Source of the DNA: Promethearchaeota archaeon
GTDB lineage: Archaea > Asgardarchaeota > Lokiarchaeia > Sigyniarchaeales > SOKP01
Reading direction: 5' to 3'
NCBI GenBank assembly: GCA_048940645.1
Contig: JBHLOI010000022.1
Location: forward strand, 1-51,530
DNA: 51,530 nt
Below the pieces are notes generated by a model. The model worked only from the letters and a program-made list of their open reading frames with translations, made no database searches and was not told where the DNA came from. The position numbers were made by a program, and so were the translations under genes. This document shows, piece after piece, positions 10,260-21,149 of this stretch. Within the stretch, counting starts at the first letter, position 1; each line of letters opens with the position of its first letter.

Positions 10260-12098
10260 TCATTCACCTTGACTGTTATTTTTATTTTCTATTATCGGAA
10301 GATCAATATAGGATGAGTTTGTTTTATTACGTGATATGGTAATCGTTGGTCTTCCATCGGTAGGATATCGTAGGAATGTATCTTTATCTGCTCCAGCAAT
10401 AGCAATCCGTATTCTATGGCCTCTTTTGATAAGAACTGAAGTTGTATGTAGTCCAAATTTTAATTCAGCAATCTTGCCTGGGATAAGTGGACTAGCATCT
10501 TCTTTGTTATATGTATGATAAGGAACTAAAATTTTGTAGGGTGGTTCTTCATTTGAAACTTTTCTGTGGATAATTCGAAATTCACCATCAGTTATGTACA
10601 CTACCTTTCCTCGTTCATCAATATCTTCGAAATATACGAAAATTGCTCCATCTTCGTGAGTAGACACTAAATACAAACATATTATTGCTTGGCCTGTAAA
10701 TTCAGTGTCTTTCTCAAAAGGGCGACTTGTATAACATAACAATTTCTCATCCATTTTAGTTCGATTTGGATAGTCTATTGGTTGTGCTAAAAGTGTCCAC
10801 CAACGATTTAACCTTCCTGTAGTGGCTCGAAAATTAATTTTATAATCATCTTCTCCAACATCATTTTCCGGTAATTTTTTAGATAGTGTAAAGTTTTCTG
10901 ATAAATACCATCTTTGATAGGTATGTCCTTTAGGTGGCCAAATATTTGTCTTTTTCCACTTTTCTTCTGCCAATGTATAGTAATAAAGAATTTTTTCCTC
11001 GATTGGTGTACCATAAATACATTTATCAAAAAAATTAATAAATGCATTAATTCTTTCTCTTGGGCTAGGTGTCACATGAACTCTTTCAGGAAAAAATTGA
11101 TTTGCTGGAAAACCAGCTCCATGATTCCAATCCCCGAGGATAACAATCATTGGATTAGTTAAATTTAAAAAGCGATGAATAGCTGCATCTACATAACCAG
11201 AGTCATACCATGAACACCAAATTAACATTGGAATATTTGATTCTCCAATCCGTGATTTACGATTAAAAATTATGTCATTATAACTTGTTCCATCATATAG
11301 GGTTTCATCACGATAATCTCTATGTAGTGCATGCTCATGGACATACTCATTTTGTTTGTGTTTATCTTTAGCTTCCTGTAATAATTTTAAGTGACTATCT
11401 GTATCAACTGGTTTTACACCTTTAGAGAATAACCAATACAGTGGCATAACTTGTCTAAACACCTTTGGATTGTTTAAATCTAAATTTCTACCTAAAAATG
11501 ACCACACCTGCATAAATGAAAGGTCATAGCAACCTCCAGGATAAGCCACATCTGTGTAGGAATCCCAAAGTCCATGTCCAGGTATTATTGCTTTAATTGC
11601 TGGATGATGAGTAGTAGCAAATAGTTCGGCTGTTGTACCTGTATACGATATTCCCTTTGAGACTATATTACCATCCGACCATGACTGTGAAATAATCCAA
11701 TCAACTACATCTGCCCCGTCTTTCACTTCTTCTTCAGAAAAAGGTATGTGTCTTGTACCAAAAGAAGCCCCTGTTCCTCTCACATCTGTTCTTATATAAG
11801 CATAACCTCGCCCTGTAGTTATTTCTGGGTCAGGGGTTGCTGTAACTACTTCATCAAGTATCCATCTAAAAGGAATTCGTAATTCCATTGCTCTCCAATA
11901 TCTCGTTTGGATTAAAACTGTTGGTATTTTATTACTTGATGGAAGTCCATTTGGAAGACAAATAGTTGCTGCAATTTTAATACCATCACGCATAGGAATG
12001 TAAGTTGAATGGACTGAGTAACCTTGTTTAAATCGCATTTCTGGAATTATCCCTAATTCTTTAAAAGGATTATTTTCAATTGCTTTTGGATCAGTCAT
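10260..12098 (-). CDS. CocE/NonD family serine hydrolase
   Basis: YIPMRDGIKIA, DVRGTGASFG, nucleophile GISY, C-terminal jelly-roll (GHRIRIAIAGAD). Confidence 0.92.
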   Translation of the reverse strand: MTDPKAIENNPFKELGIIPEMRFKQGYSVHSTYIPMRDGIKIAATICLPNGLPSSNKIPTVLIQTRYWRAMELRIPFRWILDEVVTATPDPEITTGRGYAYIRTDVRGTGASFGTRHIPFSEEEVKDGADVVDWIISQSWSDGNIVSKGISYTGTTAELFATTHHPAIKAIIPGHGLWDSYTDVAYPGGCYDLSFMQVWSFLGRNLDLNNPKVFRQVMPLYWLFSKGVKPVDTDSHLKLLQEAKDKHKQNEYVHEHALHRDYRDETLYDGTSYNDIIFNRKSRIGESNIPMLIWCSWYDSGYVDAAIHRFLNLTNPMIVILGDWNHGAGFPANQFFPERVHVTPSPRERINAFINFFDKCIYGTPIEEKILYYYTLAEEKWKKTNIWPPKGHTYQRWYLSENFTLSKKLPENDVGEDDYKINFRATTGRLNRWWTLLAQPIDYPNRTKMDEKLLCYTSRPFEKDTEFTGQAIICLYLVSTHEDGAIFVYFEDIDERGKVVYITDGEFRIIHRKVSNEEPPYKILVPYHTYNKEDASPLIPGKIAELKFGLHTTSVLIKRGHRIRIAIAGADKDTFLRYPTDGRPTITISRNKTNSSYIDLPIIENKNNSQGE

Positions 12099-12293
12099 AT
12101 TTGTCCCTTTATTTTGTTTAATCCATAATCATTTGATAATATTATAGTTGTTAAGTGCACTTATAAATTTTTAAGAGAAGAAATTTAATTTCTAATCATT
12201 AAAATTTAAATATTAAATAGATTATAAAATTTAAAAAAATTAGGGGAAAGCGTTATTTTTTGTAAAATTGAAGGCGTAGACATTCCACTTGTA

Positions 12294-12998
12294 ATGATCG
12301 GAACATCTCCTTTTATTGGTGCGGGACAATTCGGTATGAGTAGTCTAGTTTATCGTCGAAAATTTTTATTTCATACTAAAAATATGTTAGAAATTTTGGA
12401 AGCTTCCTATAATGCTGGAGGGAGAGGAATTGAAGTATGCGTTGAAGGTTGTATACCTCCAGGAAAAATTTGTGAAGCAGCAAGAATCATGAAAGAAACC
12501 CATGATGAATATGTTGTTACTGGTTCCACATATCCTGGATCTGATCCACTTATAGAGGATTTAATCGATATCGAAGCAAAACTTATTTTTGTGCATGCTT
12601 CAGTATCAGACAGAATGAGTAAAAATCTTAAGAAGTTTTTGGATGATATATCTTCCAGAGGTGTAATTGCTGGAATTGCTGTGCATAATCCAATTTCTAC
12701 TTTAACGTTTGCTTTTGAAAAATTAAAGGAGACGAATGTGTTCTTAGTTCCATTTAATGCTGAAGGTTTTATTATGGGAAATCAAAAAAAACTTGAAGCT
12801 TTAATCGATAACAAAAAGGGCTCTTTTTTTATTGGAATGAAAACATTAGCAGCAGGAAACTTAAATCCAAGTAAGGCATTTGACTATATTTCAAAACATA
12901 ATATTTGTTCTGTAGCTATAGGAATGGTATCTATTCAAGAAGCAGAGGAATCAACAAAATGTGCTTTAGAAAGGTTAACTCAGAAAGAAATTAATTGA
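12294..12998 (+). CDS. Conserved archaeal TIM-barrel/aldo-keto-reductase-like protein; true start may be upstream
   Basis: GTSPFIGAGQFG, MKTLAAG and SVAIG motifs; frame stays open upstream to 12228. Confidence 0.7.
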   Translation: MIGTSPFIGAGQFGMSSLVYRRKFLFHTKNMLEILEASYNAGGRGIEVCVEGCIPPGKICEAARIMKETHDEYVVTGSTYPGSDPLIEDLIDIEAKLIFVHASVSDRMSKNLKKFLDDISSRGVIAGIAVHNPISTLTFAFEKLKETNVFLVPFNAEGFIMGNQKKLEALIDNKKGSFFIGMKTLAAGNLNPSKAFDYISKHNICSVAIGMVSIQEAEESTKCALERLTQKEIN

Positions 12999-13040
12999 TT
13001 TTCAAATACTTTTTTAAATTTTCTTTCTGGAGATATATTT

Positions 13041-13865
13041 ATGCTATGTGAATTAGAAAATATCAAGCTATATTATGAAATTCTTGGAAAAGGCATCCCT
13101 ATCTTAATGATTCATGGATTTATGCCTGATCACCGTGTTCTAAAAGGTTGTATGGAACCTATTTTTCAAAATAGAACTGGATTTAAACGAATTTATTTTG
13201 ATTTACCTGGTATGGGAAAAACAGAAGGGAAAGAACTAATTCAATCATCTGATGAAATCTTTGAAATAATTATAAAATTCATTAAAAATATCATCCCTAA
13301 TGAAAAATTTCTAATTATTGGCCAATCTTATGGAGGATATCTAACAAGAGGCCTATTGCATAAATATTATGATGAAATTTTAGGAATTTGTTTGATTTGC
13401 CCTTTAATAAAACCTAATCTTAAAGATAGAGATCTCCCTGAACTTACGCCTATAGTTAAAAATCCCACACTTATTAAGAAGCTTGATCCTCAAAATAGAG
13501 GAGAATTTGAAGAGAGTGCAATAATACAAAGTGAGTATGTATGGAAAAGATTTAAAGATGAAGTACTTTCAGGGTTAAAAATTGCGGATATAAAATTTTT
13601 AGAAAAAATATATCCTAATAAATATGAGCTTTCATTTGATGTTGATAAATTGACAATTAAATTTGATAGACCAACCTTATTTTTATTAGGTAGGCAAGAT
13701 AATTCAGTTGGTTATCGAAATGCTTTGAAAATTATTGAAAATTTTCCACGCGCTTCTTACATTGTATTAGATAAAGCAGGTCATCTCCTGCAGATAGAAC
13801 AAAAAGAGATATTTAATATATCTGTAAATGAATGGTTAGATAGGGTCTTGGAAACTATAAATTAA
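13041..13865 (+). CDS. Alpha/beta-fold hydrolase
   Basis: HG oxyanion motif, DLPGMG, nucleophile GQSYG, GRQD, AGH. Confidence 0.92.
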   Translation: MLCELENIKLYYEILGKGIPILMIHGFMPDHRVLKGCMEPIFQNRTGFKRIYFDLPGMGKTEGKELIQSSDEIFEIIIKFIKNIIPNEKFLIIGQSYGGYLTRGLLHKYYDEILGICLICPLIKPNLKDRDLPELTPIVKNPTLIKKLDPQNRGEFEESAIIQSEYVWKRFKDEVLSGLKIADIKFLEKIYPNKYELSFDVDKLTIKFDRPTLFLLGRQDNSVGYRNALKIIENFPRASYIVLDKAGHLLQIEQKEIFNISVNEWLDRVLETIN

Positions 13866-13923
13866 CTTTTTTTTTATCTTTCCTTTTCAGATTAATTTTA
13901 AGATAAAATTAATTATATAACTC

Positions 13924-15087
13924 ATGACTGAGAAATTATACTGGAAACACCCCTATGATACTCAATTCGATGCTAAAGTAGTAAAAATCACAAAAGAAGG
14001 GATCATTCTCGATAAAACTCTCTTTTATCCTCGGAGCGGTAATCAAGCGAACGATGTTGGTCAAATTATATTTAATGATAAGAAAATTGAAGTAAAAAAT
14101 GTCTTTAGTGAAGGGGAAGAAATTATCCATGAAGTAGAAACAGAAGAACTGAAAAAACTTAAAGTAGGGGATAAAATTGAAGGAAGTCTTGACTGGGAAA
14201 ATCGTTATGCTTTAATGAAAGCACACACCTCCCAACATATTTTATCTGCCTTGTTTAAAAATAAATATGGGATAAATACATCGAGAGCCTTCATTGAAAA
14301 TGAGGAAGTATTGATTCAATTAGAAAAGGAAGTAGAAGAGTATCAACTACAAGAAGTTTTAATGTTATTTTTCACTATTTGTACTTTAAAAAATATGGAA
14401 ATCAAACCAAATGTATTTTCTTTTGATGAAGCTCGAAAGTTAGGGAATAAATTAAGAGGCAATTTCCCATCAGGTGATTTAATTCGAATTATAGAAATTG
14501 AAAATCTAGATTTTAATTGCTGTGGTGGTACACATATTAAAAATTCAACAGAAATCGGTCCTGTTTTAATTATTGAATTCAAGAAAAATAGAGATATTAA
14601 ATATTTATTAGGCAACAAGGCAATTCAAAGACTTTCTCGGATTAATATGGAATTATTGAATTTATCTGATATAATTAAGACATCTTTGGAATATTACTCG
14701 AGAGATGTAAAGAAAGTCATTGAACTAAATCAAACTTTACAAGCATATCAAGAATTGCTCATAAGTGAATTATTTAAGCAAAAACTCTTGAAACCTGACT
14801 TAGAAATAAATGATATTAAACTCTATTTAATAAATATTGAGATTGAATATAAATTTCTGAAAAAAAATTTAGATCAATTACCCGAAAACTCACTTCTGCT
14901 AATTAAGTCTGAAGAAAACAAACTTCGTATAATTTCAAATGCAGATAAGATAAAATCAGATGAAATTGCTGAAAAATTTATTCAAAATTATCGCGGTAAA
15001 GGAGGAGGTAATCCAAGAAACGCTCAATGCTTATTGGAGAGTGAACCAAAAGATATTCTTAGAGATATTCAAAGTTTCATTAAATGA
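13924..15087 (+). CDS. alaX: Free-standing alanyl-tRNA editing protein (AlaX) with C-terminal DHHA1/C-Ala-like domain
   Basis: TEKLYW start, Zn ligands HTSQH and CGGTH, C-terminal GKGGG. Confidence 0.88.
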   Translation: MTEKLYWKHPYDTQFDAKVVKITKEGIILDKTLFYPRSGNQANDVGQIIFNDKKIEVKNVFSEGEEIIHEVETEELKKLKVGDKIEGSLDWENRYALMKAHTSQHILSALFKNKYGINTSRAFIENEEVLIQLEKEVEEYQLQEVLMLFFTICTLKNMEIKPNVFSFDEARKLGNKLRGNFPSGDLIRIIEIENLDFNCCGGTHIKNSTEIGPVLIIEFKKNRDIKYLLGNKAIQRLSRINMELLNLSDIIKTSLEYYSRDVKKVIELNQTLQAYQELLISELFKQKLLKPDLEINDIKLYLINIEIEYKFLKKNLDQLPENSLLLIKSEENKLRIISNADKIKSDEIAEKFIQNYRGKGGGNPRNAQCLLESEPKDILRDIQSFIK

Positions 15088-15233
15088 AGAATTAGAGTTT
15101 ATTAATCTTTAAAGAGATTAAAATGATTAACTTTAAGCGAAAACTTTTAAATTTTCCTTTAATAACTTTTTACAGATGTATAAAACCCTAAAAATCCTAA
15201 TAATCTTATAATAGAAATCTATTGTGAATTAAT

Positions 15234-16976
15234 ATGAAAATGGAAAAAAAAAATATAGCACTCATTATTCTTGTCATAGTATTAATAGCCGGAGGTATTA
15301 GCAATATTATATTTTTTGTAGATCTAGAATTGGGACATCCAGTACCTACACGGACTATTAAATTCGGTAGCAGGTATATAGCTGAGGATATTGACCCTCA
15401 ATATGCCTGGGATAATGCTTCTTTTAATGCTATCATCATGACGTGGGAAGGTTTGCTTGCAAATAATTTAAGTCATCCTGAAATGGCCCTTTATCCATTA
15501 TTGGCAACAGATTTGGGTATTTACGACGTGACAGGAACAGAGTTGACCTTTAACCTTAAATCTGGAGTTAAATTCCACGATGGCACCGATTTTAATGCTG
15601 ATGCGGTCGTATGGAGTTTTCAAAGATTACATTATTTGATGAATACTACATGGAATGGTGGACCTCATCCCTGGGGCCCTCTACCTAGTACAGTATTTTA
15701 CAGCATCCCCACTATTGTCGATTCGTTATATTATGTTGAAGATAATCCAATTATCCAAAATGTTGAAGCAGTAACTCCAACTCAAGTAAGATTTACTTTA
15801 ACTCAGCCTTATGGTCCTTTCCGCGCTCTATTAGCCTTTTCAGCCTCAGTTATCATGTCTCCTACTTCTACACCAAAACTAGATTATATTAATCCAGCTA
15901 CAGTTGAAAATGGCACCTGTATAGGCACTGGTCCTATGAAAATAGAAAAACTTGAAAGTTATGAAGTAAGATTTACCGCGTTTGAAGATTATCATCGACC
16001 TCGAATAGGTTTTGATGTCCTAGTGCATGTCAAAATCCAAGATGTTGAATCCAGAAATTTAGCAGTACTTTCTGGTGCGGTTGATATTATAACAGATCCT
16101 TTCCTCTACTACTTCCCTGAAATGGAAGCTGAGGAAGAAGTAATTTTATATGAAGCTGGATGTGAAACCATCACCGAATATATAGGATTCAATACTAAAC
16201 AGATTAATATGACTTGGAGAAATGCGATTTCTTATGCCATCAATTATAGCTTTATAATTGATCATCTTGAAACTGATTGGAACTATACGGCAACAAGATT
16301 AAAATCTCCCGTTCCCAAAGGGGTATTATACGCGAATTGGTCATTTAATTATCCTATTTTCAATATTACTAAAGCAAGACAACTCATGCAAAGTATGGGG
16401 TTTGGTGTAGGATGGGATGCTACGTTCCCTGGTAATCATGAAGCTCAATGGATATCGGCAAACCTCCGAACTTTAAACTTTACTTATAATGCTGGCGGTG
16501 GCGGGAATTCCATCGGTGACATGATATATAAAACATTAGAAGATAGCTTAGATTTTATTGGAATAACTATTGGAAATGCTAGTATGACTTGGGGAGACTA
16601 TAAGGATCGGCTCTACAATATGAGCATATCTAGTGCGGGACATGATGCCTTACAACTTTACTATTGGGATTGGAAACCTGATTTAAATGATCCAAGCAAT
16701 TATGTAAATTGGATATTCTCCAACACATCAATGGCTAATGCTGCTCAGGTAAACGATCCATATCTTCAAGATCTTATTGAACAAGGCATAGAGAAAGTAG
16801 ATCCTATGATTAGAGAAACGATTTATGATGAGATTCAACGATATCTAGTTGAGGAACTCAGACCCCATGCGTGGCTTTATGTTGAGAAAAATTATGATGT
16901 ATGGGATAAGGATTTACGTGGATTCCCTAGTAACGCGCTGGATCGCGCCTACTTTTATCCCTGTTACTGGGATTAA
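15234..16976 (+). CDS. Family-5 (DppA/OppA-like) substrate-binding protein with N-terminal membrane anchor
   Basis: N-terminal TM, GVKFHDGTDFNADAV, GTGP, RNAISYAIN, WKPDLNDP; no permease or ATPase adjacent. Confidence 0.9.
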   Translation: MKMEKKNIALIILVIVLIAGGISNIIFFVDLELGHPVPTRTIKFGSRYIAEDIDPQYAWDNASFNAIIMTWEGLLANNLSHPEMALYPLLATDLGIYDVTGTELTFNLKSGVKFHDGTDFNADAVVWSFQRLHYLMNTTWNGGPHPWGPLPSTVFYSIPTIVDSLYYVEDNPIIQNVEAVTPTQVRFTLTQPYGPFRALLAFSASVIMSPTSTPKLDYINPATVENGTCIGTGPMKIEKLESYEVRFTAFEDYHRPRIGFDVLVHVKIQDVESRNLAVLSGAVDIITDPFLYYFPEMEAEEEVILYEAGCETITEYIGFNTKQINMTWRNAISYAINYSFIIDHLETDWNYTATRLKSPVPKGVLYANWSFNYPIFNITKARQLMQSMGFGVGWDATFPGNHEAQWISANLRTLNFTYNAGGGGNSIGDMIYKTLEDSLDFIGITIGNASMTWGDYKDRLYNMSISSAGHDALQLYYWDWKPDLNDPSNYVNWIFSNTSMANAAQVNDPYLQDLIEQGIEKVDPMIRETIYDEIQRYLVEELRPHAWLYVEKNYDVWDKDLRGFPSNALDRAYFYPCYWD

Positions 16977-17019
16977 TATTAAGGAAAATAACAGGAAGAA
17001 TTAAAGTTTACTTTAATAA

Positions 17020-18408
17020 TCAAATTCTATTCTTTTTCAATATAATTCTAGAACAATCCATTGCACTATTAGCCGCCATTTCTGTTCCTATTCCCCATCC
17101 TCCCGCATCTCCTCCGACCATATATAATCCTTCTATAGGGAGAGTTGTCCTTGGTCTATTATTTCCAGTTTGACCTACGATTTGCGAAACCCCAATAACC
17201 GAAGATTCTTTCCCTCCGAACTTATTTATATTGTTTGGTGTAGTTACATCTAACCATAACAAATTTTCAGAAAGTCCTGGGAAAATCTCATTCAAATTTT
17301 TAATAGAAGTTTCTATCCATTCTTCTTTATTTTTCTCAAAATTATCTTGAGCTACTATAGTTCCTGCCGTTATTAATTGGTTTCCCTTTGGAGCTAATGT
17401 TGGATCATAGTTGGAAGGGACTGGTACAAAAAAATCCAAATCATCTGGAACTTGTCCTTTTATAATTTTATTAAAATATTCTATAGGATCGTCAGAAGAC
17501 ATTGTCATGAGTACTTTTATATCTGTCACTGGTTTTTTTAAGGCAATTTTAAGTGTTATGGCACTCATTGAGTATTTAAGTTTATCAACTGTTTCAAGAT
17601 ACTTTTTCTCAAAATACTTTCGGCCAACTATATTATTTATCGTATCTTTTATACCTCCATTGCTGATTACAATTTTAGAAGATATAATATCTCCATTTTC
17701 TAGTTCTACTCCGCTTACTTTATTATTTTCAATAATTATTCTGTTTACAGTATGATTAGTTTTCACATGTCCTCCAAATTTTTCGATACCTGTAGTATAG
17801 GCTAAAGGAATCGAAATACATCCCCCCTTAGGATAACCAGTAAGTAAATCCTTGGAAAGAGACGAGAGACACCTTAAAAATTCACCAGCTGAAGCCTCAT
17901 AATACGGAATAACAAAATACATCCAACATAAAGTTTTAAAAAAGGAATGTATTGGACCACCTTCAGTATATTCTGAAACCCATGTTTTTAAATCGATATC
18001 TTCTAATTCATTAATCTCCTCTTCTTTTTTACTCATAATATCCTTAAGGGCTTTCATGAGAATTTTAGAATCTGATGCTGGTAATAACTGCGCAAACTCT
18101 AATGGAAATCTTAATAGTTTTCCTTGGTAATACCACCGTGGACCCGGTTTTTTAGCAATTACCCAATCAATTGCCTCTTCCATACCTATTAAATTTAGAA
18201 TTTCACCAAGTGGACCTCTTCCTGAGCGTCCAAATGAGTGAACACCCACATCCACCTTAAATCCTTCTTTCTCGTAAGTACTACACCTGCCTCCAACTAA
18301 GTCATTTTTTTCAAGCAGAAGTATTTTTAAACCTTTTGAAGCTAATATTGCTCCCACGGCGGAACCTCCAATTCCACTTCCAATTACTATTACATCGTAT
18401 TCAGACAT
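17020..18408 (-). CDS. FAD-dependent oxidoreductase, phytoene dehydrogenase-like superfamily
   Basis: YDVIVIGSGIGG, LEK...GG, YPKGG, DPTLAPKG, IEGLYMVG. Confidence 0.88.
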   Translation of the reverse strand: MSEYDVIVIGSGIGGSAVGAILASKGLKILLLEKNDLVGGRCSTYEKEGFKVDVGVHSFGRSGRGPLGEILNLIGMEEAIDWVIAKKPGPRWYYQGKLLRFPLEFAQLLPASDSKILMKALKDIMSKKEEEINELEDIDLKTWVSEYTEGGPIHSFFKTLCWMYFVIPYYEASAGEFLRCLSSLSKDLLTGYPKGGCISIPLAYTTGIEKFGGHVKTNHTVNRIIIENNKVSGVELENGDIISSKIVISNGGIKDTINNIVGRKYFEKKYLETVDKLKYSMSAITLKIALKKPVTDIKVLMTMSSDDPIEYFNKIIKGQVPDDLDFFVPVPSNYDPTLAPKGNQLITAGTIVAQDNFEKNKEEWIETSIKNLNEIFPGLSENLLWLDVTTPNNINKFGGKESSVIGVSQIVGQTGNNRPRTTLPIEGLYMVGGDAGGWGIGTEMAANSAMDCSRIILKKNRI

Positions 18409-18478
18409 TTTTGAACACTTTTTAGTATAAGAAAGAGAGTTATTATCTATTAATTATGTTCAAAAATAAAAATAGTTT

Positions 18479-21082
18479 TCAAATTAAATCATATAGACTT
18501 TTAACTCTAATCGATTGTAAAATTTCTCGCATTGAAGGTTTCTTGTTTCGATTAACTGGAATAATTTGATCTATTAATATAAATCGTTTCTCATTTGGTT
18601 CCATTGAGAAGAAATTATCGGAAGCGATGAAATCCACAATTTCTGACTCAATAAAAACATAAAGAGCAAGTTTTTTACTCTTAAGAACCAGTTTCAAGGA
18701 CTTCTGGTTATCTATTTCTTCTATTTTAAAAGAAAGTCCAGGTTTTTGTAAGCTAAATTTTTTTGGAGAATCAAATAATCGAAACCCTCTAAATATTATT
18801 TTCTTATGGTTTCTTCTTTCTTTTAAAGCATAAAAAATAATATTATTTTGCATGCTTTTACTTTCTTTATTTATTTTACTTACATCAATATTTCCCAGTT
18901 TTAGTGAGCAGCACGGTTTAACTACTAAATCAAATTCACCGTTCATAAGTGATAGTCCATCAGATTTCATAATGTTCCATGAAAAGATAACCTCTCGCGA
19001 AATTTTTAAATCGTTTGTTACCCAGAACTCAACTACTTTTTTCCCTTCTCTTACACTAGGAAAAATAGGTTGATAAAATCTTTTAGCGAAATAATGTAAC
19101 GCTTTCCATCTTAAATAATAATCTAGGGAAGACCAACTCGCAACTGGCCAACAGTCATTTAACTGCCAGTAAAGTGCTCCCATACAATGGAAGCTATTTC
19201 GATTCCGTCGCCAATGCTCAACCCCATATTCTATAGCTTCAGCTTGGGCAATCTGAGATAAAATAATTTGTTGCTCAAATCTTTCTGGGATTGAAAAACG
19301 TCTTTTCATATATCTCATTATCCTTCGGTTTCCTTCTTCATTTTTCTGGTGATTTTTCATTATAGGGGAAAAAAAATCATATTGATCAGGAGGGCAAAAT
19401 TCTTTTATTGTTTTCAATGAAGGAAATGATTCAAATCCAAATTCTGACATAAATCGAGAATCAAATTTTTGATAAGATCTAAAAGAAGCACCCCCATGCC
19501 ATACTTTCCAATAGTGAGAATCACCACTTTCAGGATTATTAGGATAAAGAGATAAAGTCTTACTTCCATCATACTTATCCAAAGCTGAACTTGGCCAATA
19601 TGAACGTTGTGGGTCATATTTTCTAATGAGTTCTGGTAGTAACTCTTTAAACATATTTAGATATGCCTTCTCATATTCTAGTATCTGTTCCGCATCCTCA
19701 ATCTCAGCCATAGATATATTTCTCCTCCATAATTGTTCAATTTCGTTGTTTCCGCACCATAAGGCTAAACTAGGATGATTTCTTAATCTTTTAATATTTT
19801 GTATCGCTTCTATTCTTACGTTATTAAAGAATTCTTCATGTTTTGGATAAAGAGCACAGGCGAATGGAAAATCTTGCCAAACTAGAATTCCCATCTCATC
19901 ACATAAATCATAAAATAAATCATCTTCGTAAATTCCTCCCCCCCATACACGAATCATATTCATATTAGCTTGTTTAGCAAAAACAAGATTTTTTTCATAC
20001 AATGCAATTCTTTTACCTCTTGGAATAAAGCTATCAATAGGGATCCAATTTGCTCCTTTAGCAAAAAGAGGAATTCCATTTAATAAGAAATAGAAGGTTT
20101 CACCCCATTTATCCGGATTTCTTATAAGGTGAATATCTCTAATACCAATTTTTTGCTGGATAATATCAATTATTTTGTCTTTTTGAATCGTTACAATTAA
20201 TTCATGTAATTGTGGTTTACCTAATTCGTGAATCCACCACAATTGAGGATTATCAATATTAATCTCAAAGCTATGGTTAGGTTTTTCAATATTTATTTTG
20301 TTTTCTATTAAATCTCCATTTGGAGTAATTAATACACATTTGAGCAAAAAAGCATTTTGTCTTAAATTTTTTGAATTTAAATCTAAATTAACTCTTATGC
20401 TTAAATTGACCTTTTCAACTTTTATTTTAGTTATATCATCTATGTTTATTATTCCCATAGGTTCTATATTATATTCGAAATCCTGAATAATATAAACTGA
20501 ATTCAGTTTAATATCATCGAACCCTATAATTTCAACAGGTTTCCAAATACCAATATCTGGTAAGTTCGGACCCCAATCCCATCCAAAACTATATTGAGCT
20601 TTTCGTAGATATGGAACTCCTGGCACTGCATGAAAGTTTTTTAATTTAACTTTATAACTATCAACATATTCTCTTATTGCTTTAGTTGGGCTTTTAAAAA
20701 GCACTTTTAATTTATTATTGGTCTTCTTTAATATCGTTTTCACGTCAAATTCATAAGTAATAAAGATATTATCTGTTTTTCCTATTAACTGGTTGTTTAA
20801 ATATATCACAGATACCGTATCTAAACCGTAGAAACGCAATATCAAATTAGTATATTTAAGAATATCTTCTTGAATATCAAATTCTAATAAGTATGTCCAT
20901 TCTGATTCATAAACCCATTTTACATTATGTTCATTCATTCCGTAAAAGGGATCATCAATAATATCCTCATTAATTAATGCTTCAAAAACAGTTCCTGGAA
21001 CTTTAGACTCAATATCAATTTTCTTTTCATTATTGGTTAACCTCCAAACTCCATTTAGAGAGACTTTTTTTACAGTTCGCAT
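18479..21082 (-). CDS. Beta-mannosidase (glycoside hydrolase family 2)
   Basis: RKAQYSFGWDWGP, KGANWIP, RVWGGG, WCGNNE (acid/base), SEFG (nucleophile), YWQLNDCWP. Confidence 0.95.
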   Translation of the reverse strand: MRTVKKVSLNGVWRLTNNEKKIDIESKVPGTVFEALINEDIIDDPFYGMNEHNVKWVYESEWTYLLEFDIQEDILKYTNLILRFYGLDTVSVIYLNNQLIGKTDNIFITYEFDVKTILKKTNNKLKVLFKSPTKAIREYVDSYKVKLKNFHAVPGVPYLRKAQYSFGWDWGPNLPDIGIWKPVEIIGFDDIKLNSVYIIQDFEYNIEPMGIINIDDITKIKVEKVNLSIRVNLDLNSKNLRQNAFLLKCVLITPNGDLIENKINIEKPNHSFEINIDNPQLWWIHELGKPQLHELIVTIQKDKIIDIIQQKIGIRDIHLIRNPDKWGETFYFLLNGIPLFAKGANWIPIDSFIPRGKRIALYEKNLVFAKQANMNMIRVWGGGIYEDDLFYDLCDEMGILVWQDFPFACALYPKHEEFFNNVRIEAIQNIKRLRNHPSLALWCGNNEIEQLWRRNISMAEIEDAEQILEYEKAYLNMFKELLPELIRKYDPQRSYWPSSALDKYDGSKTLSLYPNNPESGDSHYWKVWHGGASFRSYQKFDSRFMSEFGFESFPSLKTIKEFCPPDQYDFFSPIMKNHQKNEEGNRRIMRYMKRRFSIPERFEQQIILSQIAQAEAIEYGVEHWRRNRNSFHCMGALYWQLNDCWPVASWSSLDYYLRWKALHYFAKRFYQPIFPSVREGKKVVEFWVTNDLKISREVIFSWNIMKSDGLSLMNGEFDLVVKPCCSLKLGNIDVSKINKESKSMQNNIIFYALKERRNHKKIIFRGFRLFDSPKKFSLQKPGLSFKIEEIDNQKSLKLVLKSKKLALYVFIESEIVDFIASDNFFSMEPNEKRFILIDQIIPVNRNKKPSMREILQSIRVKSLYDLI

Positions 21083-21149
21083 AATAATCCTAAAGTAAAT
21101 AATAAGTTCTTAAAAAATAAAATAAAAAAGATTTATCTCTTTTTAAAAG

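Noticed and set aside
14020-14061. AlaX glycine-rich loop reads FYPRSGNQAND instead of FYPxGGGQPxD
   Set aside because: Zn ligands are intact; probably ordinary divergence, not evidence of a new function
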